Program-made: the position numbers and the translations under genes
Source: Schmidtea polychroa
Taxonomy: Eukaryota
DNA length: 64,000 bases
Assembly: GCA_044892525.1 (NCBI GenBank)
Contig: CM097888.1
Location: 1,922,001 to 1,986,000, forward strand
Reading direction: 5' to 3'
Notes under the pieces: model-generated
The model's input: the letters and a program-made list of their open reading frames with translations, nothing else
The model's database searches: none
Told to the model about the DNA's origin: nothing
In this document: piece after piece, positions 1 to 14,000 of the stretch
Layout: each line of letters starts with the position of its first letter
How positions within the stretch are numbered: the first letter of the stretch is position 1

Positions 1-404
1 TTGCACCACTCTAGACAAATCCCAATATATCTCTCCCCTTTAATTAAGCCTTGTCCTCGAATCTATTTATATGATCATATATGTGTAGGTTTAGTGTCCT
101 TCAGGCACCGTCTACTTAATAAATACTTGTCTTTATTTATAATCATAATAATATAACAATGATAATAATTAATAATAATAATTAAATTATAATTATATTG
201 TATTAGTTAAAATTATATGAGTATCCGCAATACACAACATTTTATTTATTAATATTAACAGTAGGCAGACCAGTCTTAATGTATTTAATGTGTATTTTTG
301 TATGTATTTTATATATTTGTATATGCCGGTTTAAAATCATACTACACATGAGAAACTGCGTACGTTACTTAATGAAAAACAAGAGTGTAAAAACGCGTAC
401 TATT

Positions 405-2087
405 TGTTGGATATTTTGCAAGTCGGTAACACTGCCTGACTCCTTGGTGTCCTTTATTAAGCAAATCGAACAAACCAACACAATAATATTTATTCAAAAT
501 TATCACAATTACACATGTTGGGTTATTGGGTTGGTGACAATGTTTGTAAATTCAAACTTTTACTCTGACTTCAAAGCGTGTTTATTAATTCACAAATTAA
601 CACTCTCGGACAAAATAAGCTTTATTAATATTCACACTGGATCGTACAAATTTAAATTATTTCGACACTACGTGAAGAATAGCCTTTTCTGTAATCACAA
701 CATTAATCACTAGCCGTCAATCACTCAATCACAGGGTACATTGATCGATTGTTCTATTTGCTTTGACCACAAACTTATTTACTCCACTTCCACTTTATAT
801 TTAATTTTCAAAAGATTCTAGTCACTTCTCGTTTCACTCTGTTCTGAACTCAGTTTCATTCTCCCTTTAATTGCTCCTTTAAATTCTCCCTTTGATTGTC
901 CTTTTTAACTCTCTAAATTTAAGTCCTTTTAACTCTCGTTGTCTCGGTTTTGTCTCTAATTTTTGTCTACTTTTGTTCTAATTTCTCGGTCAACTATTCC
1001 GCTTTATATAGTCCATTTCATTTGTGGCACTAGAGACAGATTTTGTCTTCCGTTTTCATTTTCCTCTGTATTCCCCGCTACGTCAGCCTTATCTCTGACA
1101 GATATCGAGATCTGTTTTTTTTTCTTTGCATGTTGTGCCGACTTTTCCTATCTTTGACAGGCTGTCAAAATATGGCTTTCCCCATATTTTTGTTTTTCTG
1201 CAATCTGAAATTCCTCCTTCGTTTGTACTTTTTAATTAACAATGACCTTTGTTTTAATTTCTTGTTTGTTTTCTTTTATTTCATTTATATTTCTCATTTT
1301 TCATTTCTTTTTACTTCCGTTTTCTTCTCTGAGTTTCCATAGATCGTCCAGTTTGTCTTGACAATCTTCCCCCAGGTAATTTACTTATTTATTATGCTAT
1401 TTATCATTTAGGTATCCTCAACACACACTTTAACGAAACAATTTCAGTTTACACCACTTTAAATATATCTTTTTACTCTGCACACTTTTCAATTTCAACC
1501 TGAATCTTGCATACGGAAAAATCTTCCAATGGGAGATCACCCTTTCTGATACGCTAGATTCAAAAGGAATTAAATTTAAACTCGCCTACTTTTAAATTCG
1601 CCCTTTCACTGTAATATCACTTTTCTTTCTTCGACCCACTAGTAATTATGTTTACTTACTGGTAGCCTTTATACCCGCCTCGTACTTATATTATCTCCTC
1701 GTCAAATTACTTTTGATACTTTTCTCCTGGCTTCCTCTTGTCGACCTAATTGGTTTGGGCAATTTATTTAATTTTTTGACAGCCTACCCGAATTTAATTC
1801 ATATTCTGCTAATTCTATTGCCTCTACCTAATCAGATTGATCCTCTCACACTGCTCGGGTTTTCTATTAGCTAATCAATTTTAGTTTTTTGTAATTATTT
1901 CCTTCTAGGCACCCCATTAACTTTATTTTAATTATACTTGAACTCGTCTCATTATCCGACATCCGCCATACCAGTTTCCATATTCAATTTTATTTTTTTT
2001 AATTTTTAATTAATATTTTGTACATTAAATTATTATTGGGAATTTGATGTTTTTATTGATTTTCACCTTGCTTTTGTTTCCCCAACA
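405..2087 (-). mobile_element. Solo LTR (family A), interrupted by a nested LTR at 516-1423
   Basis: Minus-strand termini TGTTGGGG (2087) and ATCCAACA (405); flanks TATT/CATT (4-bp TSD with one mismatch). Net length ~771 bp after removing the nested LTR. The 3' end shares AATAAAGG.CAC..AGGA.TCAG...ACCGACTTG with the 2281-3036 LTR. Confidence 0.65.
516..1423 (-). mobile_element. Solo LTR (family B), 908 bp, probably Gypsy-type
   Basis: TGTTG...CAACA termini, perfect 4-bp TSD CACA (512-515/1424-1427), internal TATA-like CTATATAAAG and AATAAA on the minus strand; homologous end at 54765-55333. Confidence 0.8.
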
Positions 2088-2280
2088 CATTTATGATTTG
2101 GATTCAAAAAGAGGTAATAGTATTCTTTAAAAAGGCTTTTCAAGCAGTAATAAAATTGTGAGGAAAATGAGTTATTGTAAAGATTGTCTGTCAAAGAAAA
2201 TTGAAATCATAATTATAAAGTTTGTGTTGTGCTGTTGTTGGGTTTTTGTTTATTGATTAAGGAACAGAGTCAGTTAATAG

Positions 2281-3036
2281 TGTTGGGGTAATGTAGAAAT
2301 GCACAAAATGAAAATTGAAACAAAAATAAACTAAATAAAAATATCGAAATGACAAAAGTACAAAAAATAATTAAAAGTTCATTAAATTTGAAAAATAATA
2401 TCGATCAGGGGAAATGGGTATGGTTGGACGCCAAATCAAGGGATGAGCCCAGGAATAATCATATAAACTTAGTCAGGGGTCCCCTGGGAAAATTCAAACG
2501 TAAAAACAAATTAATTAAATTAATTAATCAACTAGTAGGAAGCCCGAGCCAATGCAAAGCCCGAGTCAATAAGTAACCCGAGCAATTATTAAATGATCAG
2601 AATAAGTTTAGATAAAGCATCAAAGACGTGGCTGAGCAATTTACTTGATGTTGAGGCAATTAGACCCAAAGTGAGGGAATAATTATTGAATAGCAATTAA
2701 ATTGTTTTGAAAGACTGAGTATAAAAATAGACCTGTTGAAATATGAATTGCCAGTTAATTGAATAAGGTAATAATAAAGAATTTGTAAGCGTTTGCAAAG
2801 GTCCGAGAAATGAAAGAAAAAATCTAAGTGAAATTAATGAAAATTACAAATTATCCTACCAGAAACGTGTTTATTCAAATAGATTCTATCGAGAAAAAGG
2901 TAAAAATACAGTGACAAGTTATAATTGTGATAAAAATTGAATAAAGTGTTCTGTGTCGGGTTTTAGTTATTCGATTGCAATAATAAAGGTCACGAGGATT
3001 CAGAAACTAACCGACTTGTTAAATGACAACCCAACA
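2281..3036 (+). mobile_element. Solo LTR (family A), 756 bp
   Basis: TGTTGGGG...ACCCAACA termini, perfect 4-bp TSD ATAG (2277-2280/3037-3040), GTATAAAAATAG TATA-like box and downstream AATAAA motifs. Confidence 0.8.
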
Positions 3037-3462
3037 ATAGTAAACCTAATTGCATTACCTCTAACAAGTGTTAACTGCAATTTATTCTTTTTAAAAGGTT
3101 TATTTTACAAATAAGCAGAAGAGTACCAACGAAAGGGCAGCCCGTCAGCCAAAGGTTTATAATATCTGCAAAATATTCATTTTTATATAAAATTACTATA
3201 CAAAAACGTTATTTTACCCCTTTGACGTGACTAGAAAAAGAATTTATTGTAAAGATATAAATATTGTTTAATTAGATTAAGGTTTTCTTAGGTTTCCTCT
3301 TGATAAGGCTCAAAATATTCACGCCATATTGGAAAGTATTATTATTGATCATAATAATTTATCCAATATGAATAGGATCTCATATTGAAGAGCCAAATTG
3401 AAATCATTCTAAATTCTTTATAAATTATATCAACAAAAAGAGTCTGGTTGGAATTTCTAAAT

Positions 3463-5265
3463 ATGCGGCTACGCAGTTCCACATTGCCAATAGAAGAGGA
3501 GCCAGTTCACGGAATTAGCTCAGTTAAAAAGAGAAAAGTCAAATGTAAACGTCTTCAAAAGATTAAAGGCTGTTCAAGAGTTGATAGAATTCCTCCAAGA
3601 AATATACAAGAATTTGACACCCCTAAAGAATGTAAAGATAAAACCTTTCAAGGAAGAAAGAGTATTTTTCAAGGATGGGGAAGGATATATACAAAGTATT
3701 CTCCTAGCACTGAAGTCACTATCAGTCCAATAAAGGCCGCTCAAGCAAATCTTCAAAATGTATTATTTGATGAAGAGGACCCTTACATCGACATGTTTAC
3801 ATGGGTAGTGAATATGAGTGAGCAGTTCTTTTATGACAACTCTCTACTTCTATTGAACAGTTCTAAGTCTGATGTTGAGTTAATAAAGAAATCCTTGCGG
3901 CGGAATTCTAAACAAATTGATTTAGCATTTTTTAAAAACTTAGTCAACATCGGTTTCCTAGGGAGAGGTAACTTTGGAAGCGTTTATAGAGGAACGGATA
4001 TGATAAGTAAAAAGAATTACGCAATCAAGTACGTTGCACCTAACTCAGAAAACTTAGTGAGACATTGTGAAAACATTCTTGATTACATGGCTGAAAGGAA
4101 TTCATTAATCCAAGCTATGAATAGCCCCTTTGTTGTGACTTTCTTTTATTCCTTACAGATAAAACATATGGGAGGTTTATTTTTGATCTTTGAGCTTTGT
4201 GTTGGAGATCTGTCAGCATTTATTCAGGGAATTTGGTATAACGATCACAAAGATATTTCAAGGCGCTTATACAATAATGAGAGTGATATTATTGAAGAAC
4301 TTGACAAGGACGTAAACGTTTTGGACACTTCTCTTATGTATATCTTTGAATTGTTTTGTGCACTTGATTTCTTAATGAAAGCCAATATTATTCATCAAGA
4401 TATAAAACCAGAAAACTTGATGATCTCAGAAACCTTTCATTTAAAGATTGGAGACTTCGGACTGGTTTATAGGACAAGAGCTGTTCATAGGTCGACAAAT
4501 AATTTATTGGTAAAACATTCCGAAATCGACAATACAGAGAGCAGCAATTACGGTTTATCCATTGATGGCACAGACGAATATGAAGATTTGGAAAATCACT
4601 TGATGAAATTAGAAATGGCAAAGAATCCATTATTTGATGAAGCGCTTGATAATTCTAATAAGTTTAGCATAGATCATTTTCGGTACGATGAAGAAATTTT
4701 AGTCCCAAGCTTTCTGACCGATACTTGGGCTGCTGGTGTTGTCTGTATTAAATTGCTGTTTAGGGGCTTTCATATATTTAAACCTTCATATATTTGTGAT
4801 ACCATATTAACAGACGTCCCTAGAACTAGTCTAAAAGAATTCCTTGTCCATGTCATTACCAGAAAGTCCTTGTATAATAAATTTATCCGACAGGGTTTAA
4901 TAAAGTCAGGCGGTACAAAGCATAAAGAATTAATGAAGTTCATTGCCTCTATATTTAGGCCACGTCAAATTCGAGCTCATGGGTACATAAAAAAGAAATA
5001 TATGTATAAGTATACGAAAAAGATCCAACAAAGGTCTATAGATATCGGTATCGTAGAAAATTTGAAATCTTTCAAAATGAGAAAATTCAATTCAAAAAGC
5101 ATTTTTACTCGGGATGTCCCTGAAAAAATAAAAAACATGTTTATAACAAAAATTTCAGGAAAGTTCGTAAAATTTGAAGATCTCCTTCAAGAATTGTCTG
5201 GGGACAACTCGGAATCCATTGTCGTAGAAATGAAACCCGGATTGACAATTAATTATTTTTATTAA
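3463..5265 (+). CDS. Intronless Ser/Thr protein kinase, divergent AGC-like (resembles MAST/Greatwall), 600 aa
   Basis: GRGNFGSVY glycine loop, AIK lysine, AERNSLIQAMNSPFVVTFFYSLQ, HQDIKPEN catalytic loop, DFG, GTDEY, DTWAAGV subdomain IX. No introns or stops. First ATG at 3463 (the ORF track starts at a TTG). Confidence 0.9.
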   Translation: MRLRSSTLPIEEEPVHGISSVKKRKVKCKRLQKIKGCSRVDRIPPRNIQEFDTPKECKDKTFQGRKSIFQGWGRIYTKYSPSTEVTISPIKAAQANLQNVLFDEEDPYIDMFTWVVNMSEQFFYDNSLLLLNSSKSDVELIKKSLRRNSKQIDLAFFKNLVNIGFLGRGNFGSVYRGTDMISKKNYAIKYVAPNSENLVRHCENILDYMAERNSLIQAMNSPFVVTFFYSLQIKHMGGLFLIFELCVGDLSAFIQGIWYNDHKDISRRLYNNESDIIEELDKDVNVLDTSLMYIFELFCALDFLMKANIIHQDIKPENLMISETFHLKIGDFGLVYRTRAVHRSTNNLLVKHSEIDNTESSNYGLSIDGTDEYEDLENHLMKLEMAKNPLFDEALDNSNKFSIDHFRYDEEILVPSFLTDTWAAGVVCIKLLFRGFHIFKPSYICDTILTDVPRTSLKEFLVHVITRKSLYNKFIRQGLIKSGGTKHKELMKFIASIFRPRQIRAHGYIKKKYMYKYTKKIQQRSIDIGIVENLKSFKMRKFNSKSIFTRDVPEKIKNMFITKISGKFVKFEDLLQELSGDNSESIVVEMKPGLTINYFY

Positions 5266-5582
5266 TAATACTTTTATAAAAATTATTACTTTATACTTAG
5301 TTCCGTTTCTGCTCCCCTATTGGTGTACACAACTTGCTTTATTTTACCTAATTTCTAATAAAAATGAGTTTAAATTTAGGGGTTTCGTTTCTTTTTCTTT
5401 GTCAGGGTTAATATAAGATGGGGGTAAATATAAAATAAATAAAGAAAATTAATAAAATATATAATATATGGTTCCGAAAATCTCAAAAAAGATTTAACTA
5501 ATATGTAGTCGAAATTAATTAAAAATTAAGAAGATGGAATAGAATAGGATAATATTGAATATTGAATAAGACAATTAACACA

Positions 5583-6716
5583 TTAAATCAAAAATTTATT
5601 GCTTCGGATTCCGAACTCAGTCAAACAATCATTTGCAGCTTCTCGTAACCATTGTGATTTTGACTGAAGTTAAACAGAAAACACTTCCAATAATTCTCCA
5701 CTTTCTGAACTCACATCCAATTTGTTAATGAAGTTTATAACAATTTTAATTTTCTATGAGACATAAGCAGAATTTTCAAAAGCTCAAAAATAATATCTAT
5801 AATGTTATTAAATTAATGCTAAATTTTTATTATATTAATGCTCATTCAATATATTATTAATGCTCATTCAACATATTATTAATGCTCAATCAATATATTA
5901 TTAATGCTCAATCAATATATTATTATTGCTCATTCAATATATTATTAATGCTCATTCAATATATTATTAATGTTCATTCAATATGTTTTTAATGCTCATT
6001 CAATATATTATTAATGCTCATTCAATATATTATTAATGCTCAATCAATATATTATTAATGCTCATTCAATATATTATTAATGCTCATTCAACATATTATT
6101 AATGCTCATTCAATATGTTTTTAATGCTCATTCAATATATTATTAATGCTCATTCAATATTTTTAATGCTCATTCAATATATTATTAATGCTCATTCAAC
6201 ATATTATTAATGCTCAATCAATATATTATTAATGCTCAATCAATATATTATTAATCCTCATTCAATATATTATTAATGCTCAATCAATATGTTATTAATG
6301 CTCATTCAATATATTATTAATGCTCAATCAATATATTATTAATGCTCAATCAATATAGTATTAATGCTCATTCAATATATTATTAATGCTCAATCAATAT
6401 GTTATTAATGCTCATTCAATATATTATTAATGCTCAAACAATATATTGTTAATGCTCATTCAATATATTATTAATGCTCATTCAATATATTATTAATGCT
6501 CAATCAACATATTATTAATGCTCAATCAATATATTGTTAATGCTCATTCAATATATTATTAATGCTCAATTAAATACTAGCTCTATTTTACTATGTAAGA
6601 TCCTAAAACTCCAATTCTGTATGATAGAATCCGCATTTATTTTGTATTTCTTTCTCCTCGAGATTCGTATTTCATCAGTTTTACATATTGTGCTTGACTC
6701 ATTCAAATGTATTTCA
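5583..6716 (-). CDS. Putative small multi-exon gene with a HEAT/helical-like C-terminus; 5' exons uncertain (probably to ~7000)
   Basis: Exons 6578-6716, 5715-5753 and 5583-5663 have GT-AG sites and consistent phases (51-bp GTGAGT..TTCAG intron), giving ...WSFRILHSKIEL/KIKIVINFINKLD/SKSQWLREAANDCLTEFGIRSNKFLI*. Confidence 0.45.
5777..6570. repeat. 22-bp minisatellite, ~36 copies
   Basis: Unit TAATGCTCATTCAATATATTAT; lies in the intron of the putative minus-strand gene. Confidence 0.95.
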
Positions 6717-8030
6717 CTAAAAGATAGACTTTATGAAAAAGGATCAGCGGGTGCAGAAATATAAGTATCAAAAATTTATTAAATCAGAACATTAAAAGTA
6801 AGTCAACCATAACTAAGAAGTGTTTAATTCATTTTGTAAGGATATTAATAAACTTCTTGTGTTCTCATGTTCAGTAGAAAAATTAAAAACAAATTCAATC
6901 AAATAAGTACTTATTTATTAATCACTAAGAACAAACTTCGTTCACAACAGTAAAGACAGATCTTCGAAGAATTTCACACCCTTTAGTGACTGATTTGTGA
7001 TTCTGGTGGTTGATAATTAATATTAATTTTCAATTTCAAAATCCCCAAAAATGGCCATGTAAAATAACTTATGTGCTAGCAATTCAAAAATAGAAATATT
7101 AATCCGATTAAGAATAAACATGGGAAATATTTACAAGACAGCACGAAAAATGGAATAACGCCCAAAATGACTTGTGAGTGGGCATGTGATGAAAATGTTT
7201 TTTTATCAAAATTTTAAATCAACAGAGAATTATAACAATTCTAAATAAATAGCTATATGATGGTTTGTCATATACTATAAAATATATATATTCTAAGTCG
7301 TGGGCATCGTTATTCCGATATTTTAAATTGTAATACTATATTTTATGTGTATTGGAAATATTTTTAATTGCTGTATGAAATATAATTTATTTTAGGTTTG
7401 TTTATAAAATAGGTCCAATAGACGGAACTATTTGTGTGAAAAAATAGACAAAACACCATTATTTAACCTATCTAAATCAATAAACATATCCTGTATACAT
7501 TAGTTCTTAGAAAAGTGATTTATTTATTACTCTTTTCAATTTCTAGATCTTCGTTAAGTAGTATCTGTTTTTAGATTTAGAAACATTTTCACGATCAAAA
7601 AAAGTGTTTTGGAATTATTGTTGTTAGAAACTTGTAAATACCCTGAAAATTTTGATATTATAATAAAACAGACTGAAACTTTTTTCCATGAATTTAAAAA
7701 CGAGTATTTAAAATTAAAAATATATATTAAATGAGATCAAGAATAAAATAGTCTTACATTCAGTATTGCTCATTTTATTATTTTGATAATCAAATAAATA
7801 CATGCAAAAATTAATATATTTTTTTTGTTTCATTTATTTTTATTAATTATAGTTTGTATTCTATTCGATATCAGTTGTTTATATATATCAATATAAATTT
7901 ATTTAATGAAATGTCATTTGAAATTTATAATATGGCTTCGAAAATTTAATTAGAATTTATATAATTTTAATCAATTCTCTACAAAGTTTATGGTTAATAA
8001 CTATTGAAAATCTTCTTTCTTTTTAGAATA

Positions 8031-11000
8031 ATGAATGAGACATTAAGTTCTTCTATATGGCCAAATTTTCAAAATTCCCGTCCTAATTGGAATGAACAAT
8101 TTTCCACTAATTCAATGAATACATGGCAAAACAATAATTCTGCATCATCAGAATATTTTCAAACCGGTGTAGATATCAATAATGTATGGTCTAGTAAATT
8201 TGAAATAAATGATGAAGGAGATAAAGATTTCTCTATAAAATCTATATGGAGTACTAGTACGAGCCCTAATCACGTGTCAGTCGAAAATAACATAATTATA
8301 AATGATAATCCAAAACACGTTGATGCTACTCCAACTAATTCTCCCTCATTAAATCGTAGTGATATATTAGTTTCAAATGAGCGATGGGGTAATATCAAAA
8401 TCAATCAAACTACTCCTTGGATGGTATCAGAAATTGGTATTTCTAGTTATAATTGAATTCCTAACTTCAACAATATCCTCACAGATGACACAGACAAGCG
8501 CACTTTAGATCCGATGGTTTGGCGCGCTAAAATCGACGGAACTGAAGTATGGGAAGAATACTACACCAAACAACACGGCAAACGCCGACCACAACCGGAT
8601 AATTCCTTTAACAATGAAAACGTCTGGTCATCAACAAGTGATATTTCGCAAAGCACTAATTTGCTGTGGTCCGGTAATAAATCCAGTGAAATCACAAGTG
8701 GAGTTCAAAATGATATTTTCGGATCGAGTTTCTTTGGCAGTGGAGGAAATAATCATTCCAATTTCAACAATTCAACTAATAATGGGGTTAGACCGGTAAT
8801 ATTGCTACAGTTTTTCAATCAATTTTAATTAACTAATTTATCAAATAAATATCTCGGATTAAATAATTAGCAATTAATATAAACATTCAAAATCATTGGA
8901 TTTAATCGATAATATTAAATTGTTGATCAGATTGGGAATCACATTGCAATGGGATCGCATTTCACCCTAATTTATTCATTCGGCACATAATAATCAATAA
9001 TTAAACATTTCCACATCACAATCTAGCTGCACATTCAATAATAGCGCGGTAATCAATATTGAATCCCTTTCTATTCTCTTGGAGTTGTTTTTGGTTCCGG
9101 ATCGCTCATTTTGTAACAATCGATTTTTATTGCACAATTATTGGTTTATTTCCATTCGTTATGGAAGCATTTGACCTTCCTTGTTGACCCGATATCGATT
9201 AGCGGACTTATCAGCGATTGGAGGCTTGTGATTGACTCGTGTTGTCACACACACACGCGAGCACGCGCACACGCACTCCATTCATTTGTATTTGAGTTAT
9301 CAGTTCATTTTGTACCCTTCGCAAGCATTTCCAGACTGCGCAATGCCAATCGATATATCAGTTTCTCATTTCATACAAAATTCAATTAATCACTTGTAAT
9401 TTCACATTGATTATTGATTTGTATGAAAAACGATTAAAAGGAACCCGAAACCTCACCAGAGCTCTTGTAATTCCCGGAAACACGAACGCAAGGGTGTCAG
9501 TTACTCCCTGGGAGATATTTCCCCCATTTGCATTCATTCTCAATTTGCTCGTGTATAATTGGCTCATTTTGCAATTATCCGCGTTCTGAAATGCTCAATT
9601 TGTCTCGTCCAATCATGGCAGTTCAGCTGATTACGCAATCATTAATCGCTGTTGCTTATTACCACCGATCGATTACTAACTGAACTCGCATTCACGTGTC
9701 GAATCGTGAATATCTGTTGCAGCGAAATGATTTCAATTAGATATCGATCTGTGATATAAGCTCTAATCCTATTACGCAACCCTGACTAATTCCATTCAAT
9801 TATTGATGATGGGGTTGATATGATTGGCCGTATTCACCAATCAATATTTCAATTCATTATTTTTAACGAAATTAAAAAATTTATTCAAACTCGATAGAAA
9901 ATAAAAAATAATTAAAAATTAATTTATTAAATTACTGAAATAAAATTTAATTTTTTTAATTATTTTTTATTAATAAAAAAATTATGATTTTTTATTTTAA
10001 TAATTTATTTTTTTAATTTTAATTTTTGTTTATATTCAATTGATAAAATAATTATTGACAAAATTTGCTAAAAGAGAAAAGAAATTATAAATAATATTTA
10101 ATGATAAATAATATTTAATTAATAAATAATTAATAACAAATAATAAATATTTAATAAATAATTTATAATAAAAAATAATAAATAAAAAAATTAATAAATA
10201 AATATAATTAATAAATAATTAATAAGAAATAATATATAATTAATAAATAATTAATAACTAAAATAATATTTAATTAATAATAATTAATATTTAATTAATA
10301 AATAATTAATAAATAATATTTAATTAATAATAATTAGTAAATAATAATTAATATTTAATTAATTAATAACTAATAAATAATATTTAATTAATAAATAATT
10401 AATAACTAAAATAATATTTGATTAATAATAACTAGTAAATAATATTTAATTAATAAATAATTAATAAAAAATAAATAATATTTAATTAATAATAATTAAT
10501 ATTTAATTAATAAATAATTAATAACTTATAAATAATATTTAATTAATAATAACTAGTAAATAATATTTAATTAATAAATAATTAATAAATAATATTTAAT
10601 TAATAATAATTAGTAAATAATAATTAATATTTAATTAATAAATAATTAATAACTAATAAATAATATTTAATTAATAAATAACTAATAAAAAATAATATTT
10701 AATTAATGAATAATTAATAACAAATAATATATAATTAATAAATAATTAATAACTAATAAATAATATATAATTAATAAATAATTAATAACTAATAAATAAT
10801 ATTTAATTAATAAATAACTAATAAAAAATAATATTTAATTAATGAATAATTAATAACAAATAATATATNNNNNNNNNNNNNNNNNNNNNNNNNNNNNNNN
10901 NNNNNNNNNNNNNNNNNNNNNNNNNNNNNNNNNNNNNNNNNNNNNNNNNNNNNNNNNNNNNNNNNNNNNNNNNNNNNNNNNNNNNNNNNNNNNNNNNNNN

Positions 11001-14000
11001 NNNTTCCAAATTGTTTATTACAAATTTTAATTTTCATTGATCAAAAAGGTCTGATAAATTCTATCATTATCGATTAAGGGGGGTTTTAAACAGTTTCCCG
11101 GTAAGTTGTCACGTGGGTTTTCAATGGCATTATTTCATTTCAATTGCGCTTGCTAATTGCGGAGTGAATTGAGAATGGATTGAGAATGGATGATGATGAT
11201 AATATCGATAATAATCGTAATTCAATCGCATTAGAGGGAGATCCGATCACTTGCCGCTTCATATCTATACCTGATCTTTATATGAATCATTGGATATATC
11301 GAGTTACATTCTGGCGGGAAATTAAACAAATCGATATTTCAAAGCGCCGTTTTCAGGAATTCTTTAAATATTTGACAGCATTGTTTATTGTCTAATAATA
11401 CGAGACCAACGATGCGCATGCACTCAATTCATCAGCCTGACCAAATTAGAGACATTCAAACATGCGCACTCACAGCATTTGCACGTTAATTACCGGATCC
11501 AATTTATCTTCTCTATCTATCTGTCTAATTTGTCCATCTATCTCTCTCTAATCTGTCCATCTCTCTATTTTATCTTGTCCATCTCTGTCTAATTTGTCCA
11601 TCTATCTCTATTTTATCTTGTCCATCTATCTAATCTGTCCATCTATCTCTATTTTATCTTGTCCATCTATCTAATCTGTCCATCTATCTCTATTTTATCT
11701 TCTCTATTTATCTATCTAATCTGTCAATCTATCTCTATTTTATCTTGTCTATCTCTAATCTGTCCATCTATCTCTATTTTATCTTCTCTATCTCTAATCT
11801 GTCCATCTATCTCTATTTTATCTTCTCTATTTATCTATCTAATCTGTCAATCTATCTCTATTTTATCTTGTCTATCTCTAATCTGTCCATCTATCTCTAT
11901 TTTATCTTGTCCATCTCTATCAAATCTGTCCATCTATCTCTATTTTATCTTGTCCATCTATCTCTATTTTATCTTGTCCATCTATCTCTATTTTATCTTC
12001 TCTATTTATCTATCTAATCTGTCCATCTATCTCTATTTTATCTTGTCCATCTCTATCAAATCTGTCCATCTATCTCTATTTTATCTTGTCCATCTCTCTA
12101 ATCTGTCCATCTATCTCTATTTTATCTTGTCCATCTCTCTAATCTGTCCATCTATCTCTATTTTATCTTGTCCATCTCTGATCTGTCCATCTATCTCTAT
12201 TTTATCTTCTCTACCCCTATCTAATCTGTCCATCTATCTCTTTTTTATCTTGTCTATCTCTAATCTGTCCATCTATCTCTTTTTTATCTTGTCTATCTCT
12301 AATCTGTCCATCTATCTCTATTTTATCTTGTCCATCTCTATCAAATCTGTCCATCTATCTCTATTTTATCTTGTCCATCTCTCTAATCTGTCCATCTATC
12401 TCTATTTTATCTTGTCCATCTCTCTAATCTGTCCATCTATCTCTATTTTATGTTGTCCATCTCTCTAATCTGTCCATCTATCTCTATTTTATCTTGTCCA
12501 TCTCTGATCTGTCCATCTATCTCTATTTTATCTTGTCCATCTCTCTAATCTGTCCATCTATCTCTATTTTATCTTGTCTATCTCTAATCTGTCCATCTAT
12601 CTCTTTTTTATCTTGTCTATCTCTAATCTGTCCATCTATCTCTATTTTATCTTGTCCATCTCTCTAATCTGTCCATCTATCTCTATTTTATCTTGTCCAT
12701 CTCTCTAATCTGTCCATCTATCTCTTTTTTATCTTGTCTATCTCTAATCTGTCCATCTATCTCTATTTTATCTTGTCCATCTCTGATCTGTCCATCTATC
12801 TCTATTTTATCTTCTCTACCCCTATCTAATCTGTCCATCTATCTCTATTTTATCTTGTCTATCTCTAATCTGTCCATCTATCTCTATTTTATCTTGTCCA
12901 TCTCTCTAATCTGTCCATCTATCTCTTTTTTATCTTGTCTATCTCTAATCTGTCCATCTATCTCTATTTTATCTTGTCCATCTCTGATCTGTCCATCTAT
13001 CTCTATTTTATCTTCTCTACCCCTATCTAATCTGTCCATCTATCTCTATTTTATCTTGTCTATCTCTAATCTGTCCATCTATCTCTTTTTTATCTTGTCT
13101 ATCTCTAATCTGTCCATCTATCTCTATTTTATCTTGTCCATCTCTCTAATCTGTCCATCTATCTCTATTTTATCTTGTCCATCTCTAATCTGTCCATCTC
13201 TCTCTATTTTATCTTGTCCATCTATCTCTATTTTATCTTCTCTATCTCTATCTAATCTGTCCATCTATCTCTATTTTATCTTGTCTATCTCTAATCTGTC
13301 CATCTATCTCTATTTTATCTTCTCTATTTATCTATCTAATCTGTCAATCTATCTCTATTTTATCTTCTCTATCTCTAATCTGTCTATCTATCTCTATTTT
13401 ATCTTGTCCATCTCTATCAAATCTGTCCATCTATCTCTATTTTATCTTGTCCATCTATCTCTATTTTATCTTGTCCATCTATCTCTATTTTATCTTGTCC
13501 ACCTATCTCTATTTTATCTTGTCCATCTATCTCTATTTTATCTTGTCCATCTATCTCTATTTTATCTTGTCCATCTATCTCTATTTTATCTTGTCCATCT
13601 CTGTCTAATTTGTCCATCTATCTCTATTTTATCTTCTCTATTTATCTATCTAATCTGTCAATCTATCTCTATTTTATCTTCTCTATCTCTAATCTGTCCA
13701 TCTATCTCTATTTTATCTTGTCCATCTCTATCAAATCTGTCCATCTATCTCTATTTTATCTTGTCCATCTATCTCTATCAAATCTGTCCATCTATCTCTA
13801 TTTTATCTTGTCCATCTCTCTAATCTGTCCATCTATCTCTATTTTATCTTGTCCATCTCTCTAATCTGTCCATCTATCTCTATTTTATCTTGTCTATCTC
13901 TAATCTGTCCATCTATCTCTATTTTATGTTGTCCATCTCTCTAATCTGTCCATCTATCTCTATTTTATCTTGTCTATCTCTAATCTGTCCATCTATCTCT

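Noticed and set aside
279-2576. ORFs 279-713, 963-1157, 1043-1342, 2349-2576
   Set aside because: They overlap LTR sequence or AT-rich flank and show no recognisable domains.
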